Source of the DNA: Octopus vulgaris
Lineage: Eukaryota
Length of the DNA: 64,000 nt
Direction of reading: 5' to 3'
NCBI GenBank assembly: GCA_951406725.2
Contig: OX597817.1
Span: forward strand, 118,730,001-118,794,000
A model generated the notes under the pieces. It was not told where the DNA came from. It was given only the letters and a program-made list of their open reading frames with translations, and did not search any database. A program made the translations under genes and the position numbers. Of the stretch, positions 1 to 12,504 are shown in pieces; the first letter of the stretch is position 1; each line of letters begins with the position of its first letter.

Positions 1-363
1 TTTGTGACGATCTTTCGACTCTGTCGCCCAAGTGATATTTCTTACACACACACACAAACAAATCAAACATACATAAACACACACTGACATACACACACAA
101 AGACATACACACATACACACGGTAATGGATATACGTATAGAATGTGGTAAATATATATAGAGAGAAGGGGGAAAGTTTACAATGAGACAGGCGTAAATGA
201 AAGAGTGAGAGAGAGATCTTTTCTGTGTATATTTCGTTATATGTAAAACTTCAACCGATAGAATTATGTCGCTTGAAAAATCCGACACAATCAAAAACTC
301 AAAATTGTGAGGGATTGAATATTCAGCCTCCTAACAAATGAATATGTAAACGAACTTGCTGAG

Positions 364-994
364 TGTGAATATCCTAGTGCACTTTTGGGGTGCACAAAGC
401 AATCACTCACTAGCCGTTGCTTTAATAATCCAGATTCTCTACAAGTCAGAAACAACAAGACGCAGACGTGAAATATACATAAACTACTTTATTCTCTTTC
501 TTGGTAAACAATAACAATAAGTGTGTTATCTGATGTCCTAGGTTCGGGCGCGCACCGCTATAAGTTAATAGATTGTAATATTTACAATGTCCAGCCCTCC
601 AGATTGGCGTCGAACAATGGAGACGATGTTGGTCTGCAACAATTTGGTAAGGACTGCTAGAAGCTAGTTCCAACGGAGAGAAAATATATCGCGTGACGTC
701 GCCTTCAATCGCTGGGTCCCAAGTCCTCGATGACTGCTGCTAGTGGTCAAACGTTCTATGATCCCCCTGCCTTGGCCAGGGTCGTGCTTCCGGTGGTTCG
801 CGCATGCGCGAGAGGGCCCTTCCTTTCTGTGCCTTGGTGAAGGCACCAACACGCGCGAAATACAAATGGACGGCGCGCGCGCGCGCGCCGTTGTAGGATC
901 ACTACAAATATTACTGTGTTTTGAGAGTTATACTGTGCTACACAATATATCTTTATATTTTTACCTTCTCTCTATGAATAGAGAGATGTAAACA
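364..994. other. CpG-rich segment; possible solo LTR (minus orientation) or promoter-like island
   Basis: Locally GC/CpG-rich in an AT-rich background. TGT...ACA ends can be drawn at 364/994 and AATAAA occurs on the minus strand (~488). Motifs: GCGCATGCGC (800-809), CTTCCGG (787-793), TGACGTC (694-700), ATTGG (603-607). No clean short TSD. Confidence 0.35.
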
Positions 995-2221
995 ACTTGG
1001 TCTTATATACGATGTACAGAAAAAGAGGGAACTAGCATTTGAGTTCCAATTTTCTGCTGGGTTGTCCCAAGTAATTCAGCCGATCAATCTCAATATGTCT
1101 ATGTGTATAAGTAGATGACTAGAGGTATATATTCATGTATGTACTAATATATATGTGTATACATATGTGTGTATATACATGTGTATGCATATCTATATAT
1201 ATATGTGCCTCTGAATCTTTGTAATTTATACACAGGACTTGAATTTATCCTTATGTATACACATATACGTAAGGAAATATTCAAGTCTTGAACACACAAT
1301 GAACGAATACTTTGTATCAAGAGAGAGAGAGAGGGAGAAAGATTTACTAACGGCTAGATTCGGAAGTGAAAAAGAAATCAGGTGTGATTTATGCAATAGT
1401 GAAACGCTCTAACTCGAAAAGATGACGGTACTATCTGTTACAGACATTTTAAAGTCGCAATTGCTTCCAGGTTTTGAGCTAACAACGTTTGTGTAGGAAG
1501 TTTTGAACATTATGTCCTCGATGTCAGACCTATGTCTGTGATGCTAAATTCCAGATGAGAGGTGGGTGGTAGGAACTCTACCTGTATGCAGATATCCCAC
1601 ACAGTGAATTTGGAATATAGAATATATATATCGTGCATAGAAGAGAGAGACGACCAATATTTGTATCTCAGAATGGAACAGGATGCGTGGGTTGTCTATT
1701 AGCAAATGGCAATGAACAGCATCTAGATTAAAATGAAATCCAAAAGATGCTGGATAATAGATAAAAGCACATTTCAATGATTCGAATTTTATTTGCATCT
1801 CGCTATTCATGTGATATCTTTTTGATGTTCGAGAGTAAAGGAAAGGCAATGACTCATTAGTTACCATTAACTATCAGTATGTAAACAGCTGGGATATTAG
1901 TGACTGAAAGTGGTCCTCTGGAAACCAGTGCTTACTGCGCATTAGTTATAAACTGCAGAGGAGGATACAAAATTATTTGTCAGCTGATAAATTAGCCTCC
2001 TGAGGGGTTAACATGACATGGCTCCAGTTCAAACTCGCAAAGGACCTGCGCTGAGAAATGATTATCATCAGTACGCCAATGACAATGGTTTAGGAATTAG
2101 TGCGTTCAGAGATGTTTTTATGCTGTTGCCAGATGCCTGCCAGCAGCGGTTTCAACCCTGCAATCAAAGGCAGGATTTGCATGAAAAACAGTAGTTAAGT
2201 TAGTAAAGGAATATTTATTAA

Positions 2222-2500
2222 CGGGAGCGCATGGACTAGTAGTCAGAGGTGTTGCACTTACGAGATCGTGGTTTCACGCCTTCTACCGGGTGGTGTGTTG
2301 TGTACTTGAGCAAATCACTTCATCTCGCGTTGCTCTGCCATCACTTCGACACCTGACGTGTGGTACACCGTGCACCTCTTCAGGCAACGTCGATTTGACA
2401 GAGGGGGTGAGCTAATATACAGCACATACATTTGACTACTACAAAACTATGTTCAGCAACAAATTACAGAACCATCGTTCTCGGACTACGAGAGACTACC
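2222..2500 (+). mobile_element. Decayed tRNA-derived SINE
   Basis: Degenerate A/B-box head (catggactagtagtcag...ggtttcacgcc) followed by a CORE-like 'tgtgtacttgagcaaatcactt'. Confidence 0.5.
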
Positions 2501-2946
2501 ATCTGTCCATCCATCAAAAATATTTTTTGCCAAAAATATCAAAAAGCTAATTAAAAATAATTATATTGTTCAATGACTTATATTATGTTAATTAATCAGA
2601 AACATAAAGAAGATAACGCAAACTTCTTTCTGTATAACAACCCTGGGCATCGAAGCCGGTAGTAAGTGTACAGTATTGTACATTAGTTGGTATAGATGCA
2701 TCATGTTCAAATAAGAAAGACGTTCGCTTAGCAATATTGAGGTTCCAACTTCAATGATCTCACTGCATTGCATCGCAAGTGTCTTCTGTTATAATTTGGC
2801 GCTCGCTAAGCTTTGTGTGTGAAAGTAGTACACATAAAGTGTGCCGAAAGTTATCTGATAAACTGTATCTGTAATTCAAGCGTTCAACGCTATTACACAC
2901 AATGAAATTTATTCTGCTTGAAGAATATGTTGACGGTATTTGTGAA

Positions 2947-3184
2947 AGGCGGCGAACTGGCAGAAACGTTAGCACGCCGGGCGATACGCTTATCGGTATT
3001 TCGTCTGCCGTTACGCTCTGAGTTCAAATTCCGCCGAGGTCGACTTTGCCTATCATCCTTTCAGTGTCGATAAATTAAGTACCAGTTACGCACTGGGGTC
3101 GATATAATCGACTTAATCCGTTTGTCTGTTCTTGTTTGTCCCCTCTGTGTTTAGCCCCTTATGGGCAGTAAAGAAATGGGTATT
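2947..3184 (+). mobile_element. tRNA-derived SINE, family A (Meta-domain-like centre)
   Basis: 'ctggcagaaacgttagcacgccgggcg...gagttcaaattccgccgaggtcgactttgcct.tcatcctttc..gtcgataaattaagtacc'; nearly identical to the copies at 40131 and 45074. Confidence 0.85.
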
Positions 3185-4683
3185 TGTGTCCGCGGAATAC
3201 TCAGCCACTCGTTCACCAACTCAATGAGCAGGTAGTTCAGCTGATCGACCAACTGAATAGATATCTTCGAAACCGACAGGCAACCAATTTAATCGGTTTA
3301 GAAAGTAAACACGTTTTAAAAAGCAAATTACTCTGGGATGCGACCACTATCCTTTTTTCAATACTGTACGACGTGCTTTTAGGAGTATATGGCTGATCTT
3401 GTTAAAAGGCCAGGCGTAGAAGCTCTGTCATTCCGTTTTTCCGATCTTTAAACTACACAACATTTTCCAGTTTGCTTTTCAACATCTTATAGAGTTATCT
3501 AACCAAATATTCCAAGAGCGCCTAATCGATATTATTGCCAAATAAGTTACAACCGTATATAGTGTTAATAATAGATATTGCAGACAATTCCTTTAGAAAT
3601 ATCAGTTTCCCAGTCTTTTGGGTTTTATTATTTTACTCAATATTTCATTTCATAGTAACTGAGTATTACATATCTACAAAGAAAAAGGGAAATGAAAAAC
3701 AAATCAAGACATTTAACTACATAACATTTCTTATGTGATTTTTACGATGGTATCTTAAGGATCGTAAAACTTTTAAAGACGAGAGTTATATTAACTTTAC
3801 CTTGTTTCCACGTGTTTATAAGTCTACATTACAATCTTTATTGATTTCACAATATTAAATGTACTGAAAGTGCTATCAATTTACAGTTTTTCTTGTTATT
3901 GCTAACACCGGGAACACTCAGTACCTGTAGAGTTTGTGCATTTGATAGTGAGGGATGGAGTGGGAAGAGTGTCTCAGAATATAGTAACAGCAACCAACAG
4001 AAAGCAATGAACAGATTGTATGAAAGTAACCAAACAATACAAAAAGAGAAATGTAAATAAAAAACACAAAACAATAAAAATGAAGGGAAAAAAAACTCAA
4101 AGGAAATTGAACGAACAAATGTAACTTTAATAGCCATTGCTTCAATCTGAAAAATAAGGTCTATTGATTCCAGCAAAACATAAAGATATATATAAAAATA
4201 AGAATCATTATTTTGGCGAAGGAATGTCTCTCGCGTTTCTGAATAAAATTATTCAGACTGCAATAGTGTCCCATCACTTGAAATATAACTAACCAGAAGC
4301 AGAAGATAAAAATATTAAGATGCATAAAAGCAATGAATTGAATTAATGGGTACTATTGTTGGATTTTATTGACGAAGTTCTACAATTATAATACTTAATT
4401 GATACATTTTAGTAACATTTTCCAGCGGCTTTCAATGTCCCTCAGTTCTTATGTTTTGTGTCATACGCACACGAACTATATATATATATATATAATGCGT
4501 AAATGGAACACGCGTGTGTGCATCTAATACATATATTGTAATATTTCACATATATATATGTGTGTGTGTACAGACGTGAATACGTTGTATATGATTGTAA
4601 ACGTATATGTATATACATGCCCACATGTATGCTTTTACAAATATTTTCGTATAATTATATATGAAAATACATATAAATATACG

Positions 4684-4744
<61 letters not shown>

Positions 4745-4751
<7 letters not shown>

Positions 4752-4818
4752 TATATAGACATACATGTGTGTGTAAGTTATAAGTTTATATTATGCAGAA
4801 ATGATTCTATGAACATAC

Positions 4819-4851
<33 letters not shown>

Positions 4852-4945
4852 TACACACATATATAGACATACATGTGTGTGTGTGTGTGTGTAAGTTATA
4901 AGTTTATATTATGCAGAAATGATTCTATGAACATACATATATATA
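4745..4945. repeat. Two-copy local duplication (~80-bp core) bounded by microsatellites
   Basis: 'tagacatacatgtgtg..taagttataagtttatattatgcagaaatgattctatgaacatacat' occurs at ~4756 and ~4864. Confidence 0.9.
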
Positions 4946-5044
4946 ATACATATATATAGTCAGTTAGTTGCCCATGAGTCAATAAAAGGCACATTCAGTA
5001 TCATGGAGCAGTATATTACTGGTTATGACATATATCTGTTCAGA

Positions 5045-5108
5045 ATGCTACAATCGGTTTCGCGTCGACTATTTCACATAGACAATATTGACGACTCTTC
5101 AGATTTGA
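5045..5108 (-). ncRNA. Decayed hammerhead-ribozyme-like motif
   Basis: Minus strand: CTGAAGA-gtcgtcaatatt...aatagtcgacgc-GAAA-ccga-TT. Stem II is partly paired; stem I is poorly paired. Confidence 0.4.
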
Positions 5109-5177
5109 AAGTTCATTGACTCTAAATTGACACGCTGTTGGTAGAAAGAAGTAGAACGTTAAAATACGTAAACTCAA

Positions 5178-5235
<58 letters not shown>

Positions 5236-5289
5236 TGTATCGGCTCCTGCGTATATTGATCGAGAATCAACCTCAACAAATTGTTCCGT

Positions 5290-5642
5290 TCTTTTAATTG
5301 TTTCAGTCATTTGACTGCGGCCATGTTGGGGCACCGTCTTAAAAAGTTTTAGTCGAACAAAGCAATTACAGGGCTTTTTGAAAGCTTAGTACTTATTCTA
5401 CCGGTCTCTGTGGCCAAACCGCTAAGTTACCGGGACGTAAACACGCCAACGCTAGTTCTCAAGCGATGGTGAGGGGACAAACACAGACACAAAGACACTC
5501 ACACATAGATATATACAATGGGCTTCCTTCAGTTTCCGTCTATCAAATCCACTCACATAATAATTGGACGACCCAATGTTACAGCAGAAGACATTTGCCC
5601 ATTGCTGTGGGGCTGAACCCGAAGCCAAGTGGTTGGGAAGAA
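5290..5642 (-). mobile_element. tRNA-derived SINE, family B (CORE-like, internal microsatellite), decayed
   Basis: 'gtttcagtcatttgactgcggccatg...accgctaagttac...cttcagtttccgtctatcaaatccactcac' matches the family B copies at 22087, 31146 and 62458. Confidence 0.8.
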
Positions 5643-5679
5643 GATTGTATGACGATTTCCTAAAACTGAAAATTCTGAT

Positions 5680-6050
5680 GAAGATTTCTCCCTAGTAAAG
5701 GTTAGTTTGAAAGGTTTAAGAAGCGCTTAAATTTACACAGCATAGATCTAACGGATGAAGCTACTATTGACGATACAAGGGCTGCTACTATCATGAGCAA
5801 TTGAAAAGAATAGGACTATTCAAGCTGCTACACGTCAGAGCAAGTAAGGATACAATGTCCATGAAACTACACTTTTCTCGAATAAGAAGGGTTACTAAAA
5901 TCTCCTTCACAATCCAAGAGGGGTAATGTTACAACTTTAGCAAGCTGCGATTAAAAGACAAAGCAGCCGTACAAATTTAGAATTTCCTAGAACTTTTAAG
6001 GACCATATTTAAATGGAAGGAGGTGCATGCTATACTAAGAGGCGAGGAGA
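5680..6050 (+). pseudogene. Degenerate pogo/Tigger transposase fragment
   Basis: Translates to G*FERFKKRLNLHSIDLTDEA...TSEQV and ...PRTFK, resembling the CENP-B HTH/DDE junction (GWF.RFK.R..L.....GEA). Contains stops. Confidence 0.55.
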
Positions 6051-6939
6051 ATCATTCTGAGGCACATTCATGAACAGAAAAAGCGACAATTTCGGATGAT
6101 GCTTTCACACGCACATACACATTCTCACATACACACGCACGCGCACCTTCATTCTGGGATCACCACTACTTTATCATCTCCCTTTCTTCCTAGCTGTCCT
6201 GTGTGACTCATGAGTAAGAGAAAGGGAACGGTGAAGAGGAGAGGAGAAGAATAGGGAAGAGTGGGGGAGAAACCCAGAAAGGATGAAGAACAAGAGAGGG
6301 AACACCGTTCCTTCTCTCTTACTCCTCCTCCTCGACTTTCGTCACTGACACGTGACCAGAGGGAAGCCATCTTTCCAACTGCTATCTTCACCGAGACAAG
6401 ACGGCTGATCCTGTCCCTCTCATAAGCTGATTCCTTAATGTGTTCACAATTTTTCCATCGTCTTGGCTTAACAACCCTCATCGTTTGTTTTTACTGTGTT
6501 ATTCTCTTTGTCCTGTCTTTTACTGTTTTTACTTGTATTGTTTTTACTGTCTTGTTTTTTCTTACTGTCCTGTTCTTGTTACCACTTTTATCCCTCCGCA
6601 AAAAGTCCCAAATATTATTTAATTTGCTTTGCGGGAAGGACTGTTTCAACGAAGTCGCGTCTGGTCCTTACCTTCGAGGCGCGGAGTAGACGAAACAGCG
6701 ACAACTGAAGAAGGGGAATATTCCTTGTGTCGTATGCCTTGTACTCTCTTTTTTCGTTGTTGTTTGAAAAAAAAGTCCGTTTCAATGTTTTTGTTTTTAT
6801 GTTTTCGTTTCTCATTGTTTTCGTTTCTCGTCTTTTTCATGTCCTGCACCCATATATGCATGTATATATACAAATAGATGTAGGCATGTACATATATGCA
6901 TGTATATATGCATATGTTTATATTAATATATATATGTAC

Positions 6940-7092
6940 ACAACAGGCTTCTTTCAGTTACCGTCTACCAATTTCACCCACAAGACATTGGTCGGCACGA
7001 AGCTATGTATCCAAGGTGCCACGCAGTGGGACTGAACCCGGAACTATGTAGTTGGGAAGCAAGTTTCTTGCCACATAACCACGCCTGCACCT
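6940..7092 (-). mobile_element. SINE family B, 5' half
   Basis: 'caggcttctttcagttaccgtctacc...ccaaggtgccacgcagtgggactgaacccggaac'. Confidence 0.8.
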
Positions 7093-8004
7093 ATATGTGT
7101 ATGTAAATATATTCACACACACATCATATATATATATATATATATGTATATATATGTATGCGTATTCTTGTTTTTATGTGCATGCATGTGTATCTATACA
7201 GATGTCCCTAAATCTGCACATGTGAGTGTATCTATGTTCATATTGATCTGTGCGTATATTTATATACGTAGGTGTGTGTGTGTGTGTCTGTGTTTTGTGT
7301 GAGTGTCTCTATACTCACACCCACACACGTTTACTTTCTATTTATACTAGTCTTCCTTATATAGGTCTTGTAATGTATTCTCAGAAATCGTATGAATGAC
7401 TGCAGATAGATCGATCTATCATTTTTTTTTTTTAAATTGCACAGTATGCAATCTTTTTGATGGGAATTCAAAATTGTTCATTTCTTTTTATTTGATCAAT
7501 TTTCAATCTGTTCTCTTTTTTGCTTTGTTTTTGTTTTGATTTTGGTTTTGTTTTGATTCTTTTTTTATATATATTTTTTTGCTGGTGGAGTGGAGTATTT
7601 TTATTTTATTTCGCTTTTGCTGTATTTTGCATTGCTGTGGAAATGGCATTACAAAAGACAAATAATTTGACAGTATTGAAATTTTCGCTGTGTGTATATT
7701 TTCGAAATTATGCTATACGAGAAATAGAAGCTCCTGATTGAACAATAAATAGACGACTTGACGATCTCAAACGTAAATCTGAAATGAATTCGCAACAATT
7801 TCTGTAGAAGAGGAACAAAAGAAAATCAGGTGGATTTTCCTTTCTGATTTCAGTAAATGGGATGAAATGAGGAAATGATACATTTATCACGACAAATGTG
7901 ATTTATAGGTATTTATTTAAAACCTGGTCTTCAGAAGGTGACTAATTATCTGCCTATTTATCTCTCTTTCACTAAACACACACACACGTACGCTCACACA
8001 TACG

Positions 8005-8035
<31 letters not shown>

Positions 8036-8583
8036 CTACATAGTGAAGGAGTATGCGAATGAGAGAACGTCGAGAGCGAACCAATGGTATAGATTGATGC
8101 ACAGTTAGGCGGATAAATAACCAGAGAGGACAGATCGTGAGGGAGAATGTATAGTTGAAATCCGGTTTCGAATGCAGCTGATTAGTAGTACATATCGTAG
8201 ATAAAAGCATCAACTACACAGTCTTCATTTAAGAGCTAATATATCTAAGACGGTATTAACCACTGCATCTTTAGTACCGAAGTAAGAGTGGTTTGAGAGA
8301 ATTTGGGTCCTATTTCTGTTAAGTCGATCGACAACGCAGATATATACCCTCTTTCGAAATTAAGTTGTGATTTTGAAATCTGGGTTTTTAGCTTTGAAAT
8401 TTAATTGCATTTGTCTCTCCACCTCTCTCTCTCTCTCTCTCCCTCTCCTTCTCCATCTATCTATCCCCTCTCTCTCCCTCTCTCTCTCTCACTCTCTCTC
8501 TGTATACATTTTTCAAAATGTAGCCACATGTGAATCGTTGGCGATTTTCTTCCTCCGTCTTCCCTTCTATTATACTTTCTTCT

Positions 8584-8619
8584 GTTTCCGATGAAGAGCG
8601 TCTGCTCGAAACTTTAAAC
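8584..8619 (+). ncRNA. Minimal hammerhead-like motif (Penelope-type), decayed
   Basis: gttt-CCGATGA-A-gagc-gtct-gctc-GAAA-ct-TT-aaac. Stem I gttt/aaac and stem II gagc/gctc both pair. Confidence 0.45.
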
Positions 8620-8708
8620 CATCTTTCTTTCCTTTCCTGAGCGTCTGCTAAAACATTACATGTACCACGTCCTCGCATTGTTGTTTTTTGTGTTTGTTTT
8701 TTGTTTGG

Positions 8709-8748
<40 letters not shown>

Positions 8749-9295
8749 GTATATATATTTATATATATATGTGTCTGTGTACATGGTCACCGTTGTTTTG
8801 CTATGACTCATCAGTGAATTTATGTTGTAAGATAAACTCATTTACCAAATAATTTTCATTCACCAAGGAGGGTTTTTTCAGCAACCCCTGCACTTATAAA
8901 GGCTACCAGATTTAAACCTCCTCTAAGAGTTTGTGTGTGTTCGTGCGCATTTGTGTGTATGTATATATATATCAATAGATAGATAGATAAAATTTTCTGA
9001 CCTAAGTCTAAACGACACAGCTGTCCCCACGTATTGTAAGTTTGGGGTGTGCTATAGAAGTTTTTGTCACACACCAATAGTTGCAAAGTAATTCAAGAAT
9101 TATGCTAGAAATCTCTTCCATTTTGATTTCCAGTGCTACTTCTGATCAGACAACTTCAGACATCCCTAACTTGTGGACCCTCATATGCTAAAAAAGAAAG
9201 GAGAGTTCCTCATCATATGTACGTACTTCACCTGTCAACTTTATACAAATGTGTGTATGAATGTATATGTTAGTATCTATATAGGGAGAGAGAGA

Positions 9296-10080
9296 GGGTA
9301 GCCTACAAAAAGTCACGGAGGGGTCGCAATCTTTCATAATTCTTTTAGCTTTCACTTTTTTTTACAAGGATTTTATGAACTAGGTCATGGGAATTAATTA
9401 TAGAAAAATGTAGCACAGCACAATGTACCCAAATAGTGAAATTGTTCTAGCAAACTCGGGGTCAATTATTCAAACCCAGAGAGCACCAAAGAGAATTGCA
9501 CCTCATAAAGTGTAGGGTATGTTGTGCAATTATGGTGGAGGAGATAATCGGGCCTTATTTCTTTGAGGACGATGATGGGAATGCTGTCACTGTGACTGGG
9601 GAGCGATGCAAGGTCTTGGCAGCTGCTCGTACCGCAAGAGAGATAATACAGTTGCTGAAGCAATATTTTTGAGGAAGAATCATCTCTCCCTACTGCAGAT
9701 GTCAACTAGCCATTACGTTCCTCCGACTTGACCAGCCCTGACTTATGGAGGTACCTCAAGGAGGAGGTTCATGTCAACAAACCAGAAACCCAGGAGCAAT
9801 TGAAGGGAATTACCACTAGAGAAATCAGGGTACTGGACTCTGAAACATTTAGAGCTGTCATGGATCGTATTTTAGAAAGGGCATGGATGTGTGAAGCTGA
9901 AAATGGTTGCCATTTTAAAGTTGACATTTTTCATACATAACAGGGTGGGTATGATGAAAACAGACTGATGCAAATTCATTTCCATTATCTCTTCTATATT
10001 GAATCAAAATTTTATACACTTACTTGTAAAAATGAGGAAGTTATTAAAAATTAAAAACCCTCGGTGTCTTTTGGACCACC

Positions 10081-10085
<5 letters not shown>
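9296..10085 (+). mobile_element. Internally deleted Tc1/mariner-superfamily DNA transposon
   Basis: Transposase remnants IGPYFFEDDDGNAVTVTGER and PLRSSDLTSPDLWRYLKEEVHVNKPETQEQL. Degenerate TIRs (gggtagcctacaaaaagtcacggaggg / ccctcggtgtcttttggaccaccctgta) end at TA. Confidence 0.8.
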
Positions 10086-10119
<34 letters not shown>

Positions 10120-10948
10120 ATCCAAAGATCAAGGTGTGGGAAGGTGAGTTTCAAGCAAATCGTATAAAATATAAAGAACAACTTTCAGGAACAATAGTGG
10201 TTTATTGGGGTGGAAAGTTGTGCAATTTTTCTTTCCATATCGAAGTATGGTAAGCTGAAAAATTATTTTAGATTTCACGGCAGGCAGTCGAGGTTGTTAG
10301 GTATGCGAATAAAAATACAAGAGTTAAGGAATAGAGTAGATAATATCCGGGTTACATATGTTTCCTAGCGAGCGAAACCCCGTAGGTGGTGGTTATGCAA
10401 GCGAGGTGTATACCGCAAGTTACTCTTCAGGCCATGTTAAGACACGATTATTCTATTTCACTTTCGAACGGCATTGTGAGTCCAATCAAAAGGAAGCACA
10501 TGTTAATGCACGGATGATTCGATCATAATGTTAGAGCGCACGATTAGAGTGGAGAATATATTGTGAAGAGAAAATTAGGAATGTACGAAAAAGCGGAATA
10601 CAGAAAAGAGAAAAATAATAAAAAAGCATAAGGGAGTGGGAGAGTTGTGAGGAATTTAAGCAAGGTCATTTCGCAAGTGGTGTTCGATAGGACCAATTTG
10701 GCCGAGTCATAGAGATATGCAAAGGGAGTGGTATTTGAAAGGAGAATGTAGAGGAAAGAGGTGGGGAAGCATTTGAGGTTAAGAGGAAGAAAAAAGTATG
10801 CATGAAGTGATGCTACTACTGGATGGTGGAGTAAAACGTGATGCCTTCAATTATTCACTTACAGTAAATCAACACAAATTATAAGATAGAACGAAACTAA
10901 TTCATTTCACTCGTGTATGTGTAAATCTATTTTGTGTATGTGTGCGTC

Positions 10949-10995
<47 letters not shown>

Positions 10996-11583
10996 GGAAA
11001 AAAGTCAAGATAGAAAATGCTAAAATAATTTTATAAACATTTCAGTACTGGTTTCAGTCATTGAGACTTTTTCAACTGTAAGTATGGAAAACAATTAAAT
11101 TTTGGAAAAATTAAAAGAAAAGTTTTTTAAAAGAATGTTTGCATAGTATTCAAGTACAAAGGGCATCTTCCTTGTTTCTGCCTGTCTCTGTATCACTTGT
11201 TTACTCTTGTGGGTTCGAGGTCGTAATGAATTCTTGGCAGAGAAGAAGAAGAAGAATGCGAGAATCCCGTGATAGTAGTAGGATGTTAAATGGTCAAGTG
11301 CCCTGAAAGTGACTTGTTGTGGATGATAGTAGTAACTGAATTCTTGAGACCTCTCTTTTGAAGTGTATTGTTTATAATATTTGCCTACGTGTTATTCTAA
11401 ACAGCAATAGTAGAAAAGTCAGGAAGGGTGTGGCGGAAAGGAAGAAGACTAAGAAGAAGAATTAGAGAGAGAATAATAAAGGAATGCATTCACTGCTAAG
11501 AATCAAATTGAGAATCTTGGGGTTAGTAGACTGCATTCTTAACCACTACGCCATGTGCCCACGGACATATGGCGTAGTGGTTA
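10996..11583 (-). mobile_element. Putative non-autonomous element with tRNA-like head and 3' hammerhead motif
   Basis: Minus strand starts gggcacaTGGCGTAGTGGttaag (A box; degenerate B box) and carries an HHR motif at 11043-11078. It is bounded by (TA)n on both sides, with a short fold-back at its 5' end. Confidence 0.45.
11043..11078 (-). ncRNA. Minimal type-I hammerhead ribozyme motif, U3-A8 core variant
   Basis: cag-TTGAAAA-agtc-tcaat-gact-GAAA-c-ca-g-TA-ctg. All three stems pair; cleavage triplet GUA. Confidence 0.6.
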
Positions 11584-11836
11584 TATATATATGTGCGTAT
11601 ATATTCAATAGAATCACAGGAGAAATTTATACTGTACTCACGAGAAATAATTTCTTTTTCCACAGGTTATTGCAGGTAGTATGGGGTCAAAATTTATCTT
11701 CTGTTGATTTCTTATCGCAACTTTCGCAAGAATTAGGAATTAAAATTTAGAGATGTTTGAGTTGATATGGTTTCTGTTTCTTCAACTACTTACTAAACAG
11801 AGCAATGGAAAACACGTCCGGGTGCCATGGCTGCTC

Positions 11837-11906
<70 letters not shown>

Positions 11907-12087
11907 CAGGCTTCTTTCAGTTTCCGTCGACCAAAGCCATTCATAAGTTTCTGGTTGGCTATAGTAGAAGAGAACTGTCAAAGGTGCCACACTGTATGTA
12001 TACACAGTGTGCATACACACATACACACACACATACGTACGCATGCACAAATGCGTGTATACGCGCGCACACACACACACACACACA

Positions 12088-12155
12088 TCCTCGATTATCG
12101 CGTGTGTTACGTTCCAAAACCCCGCGATAGGTGAGAATCTGCGAAGTAGAAACAG
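12088..12155 (+). mobile_element. Tigger/pogo-like terminal sequence
   Basis: 'cctcgattatcgcgtgtgttacgttccaaaaccccgcgataggtgagaatctgcgaag' resembles Tigger-type ends. No partner end was seen. Confidence 0.45.
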
Positions 12156-12504
12156 CCACAAAGCTTAAAATGTCAACCGACAAAACACCTTATGGGTAAA
12201 ATGTTTTGACTTTCGAAACATTTTGACTGCCTCTTTTGAATTCGACTTAGCACGTTATAGCTATTTTGCATTGCAATGTTAGTGCATATTTCGACTTTAC
12301 TTTTAAGAAAGCCTTCGACTGTTTTACAAATTTAAGCTTAAGTTTCACCGACGTTTATTTCTATTGTTTATTCACATATTTAATTATGCCATATCAAATT
12401 AGTGTACAATTTCCTTATTTTTACATTTGAATATTATATACACCCGACAGTTTTTAAAAATATTTTGCTTATATACGTTATGATGTATATGTTTATACAA
12501 AAGG

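Noticed and set aside
3800-3925. Minus-strand exon candidate (ctacAG...AAG|gtaaag)
   Set aside because: Stops occur in all three frames. It could only be non-coding, and there is no further support.
6688-6735. Type II/III hammerhead from GAAA...CTGAAGA
   Set aside because: The required stems and the NUH triplet cannot be formed.
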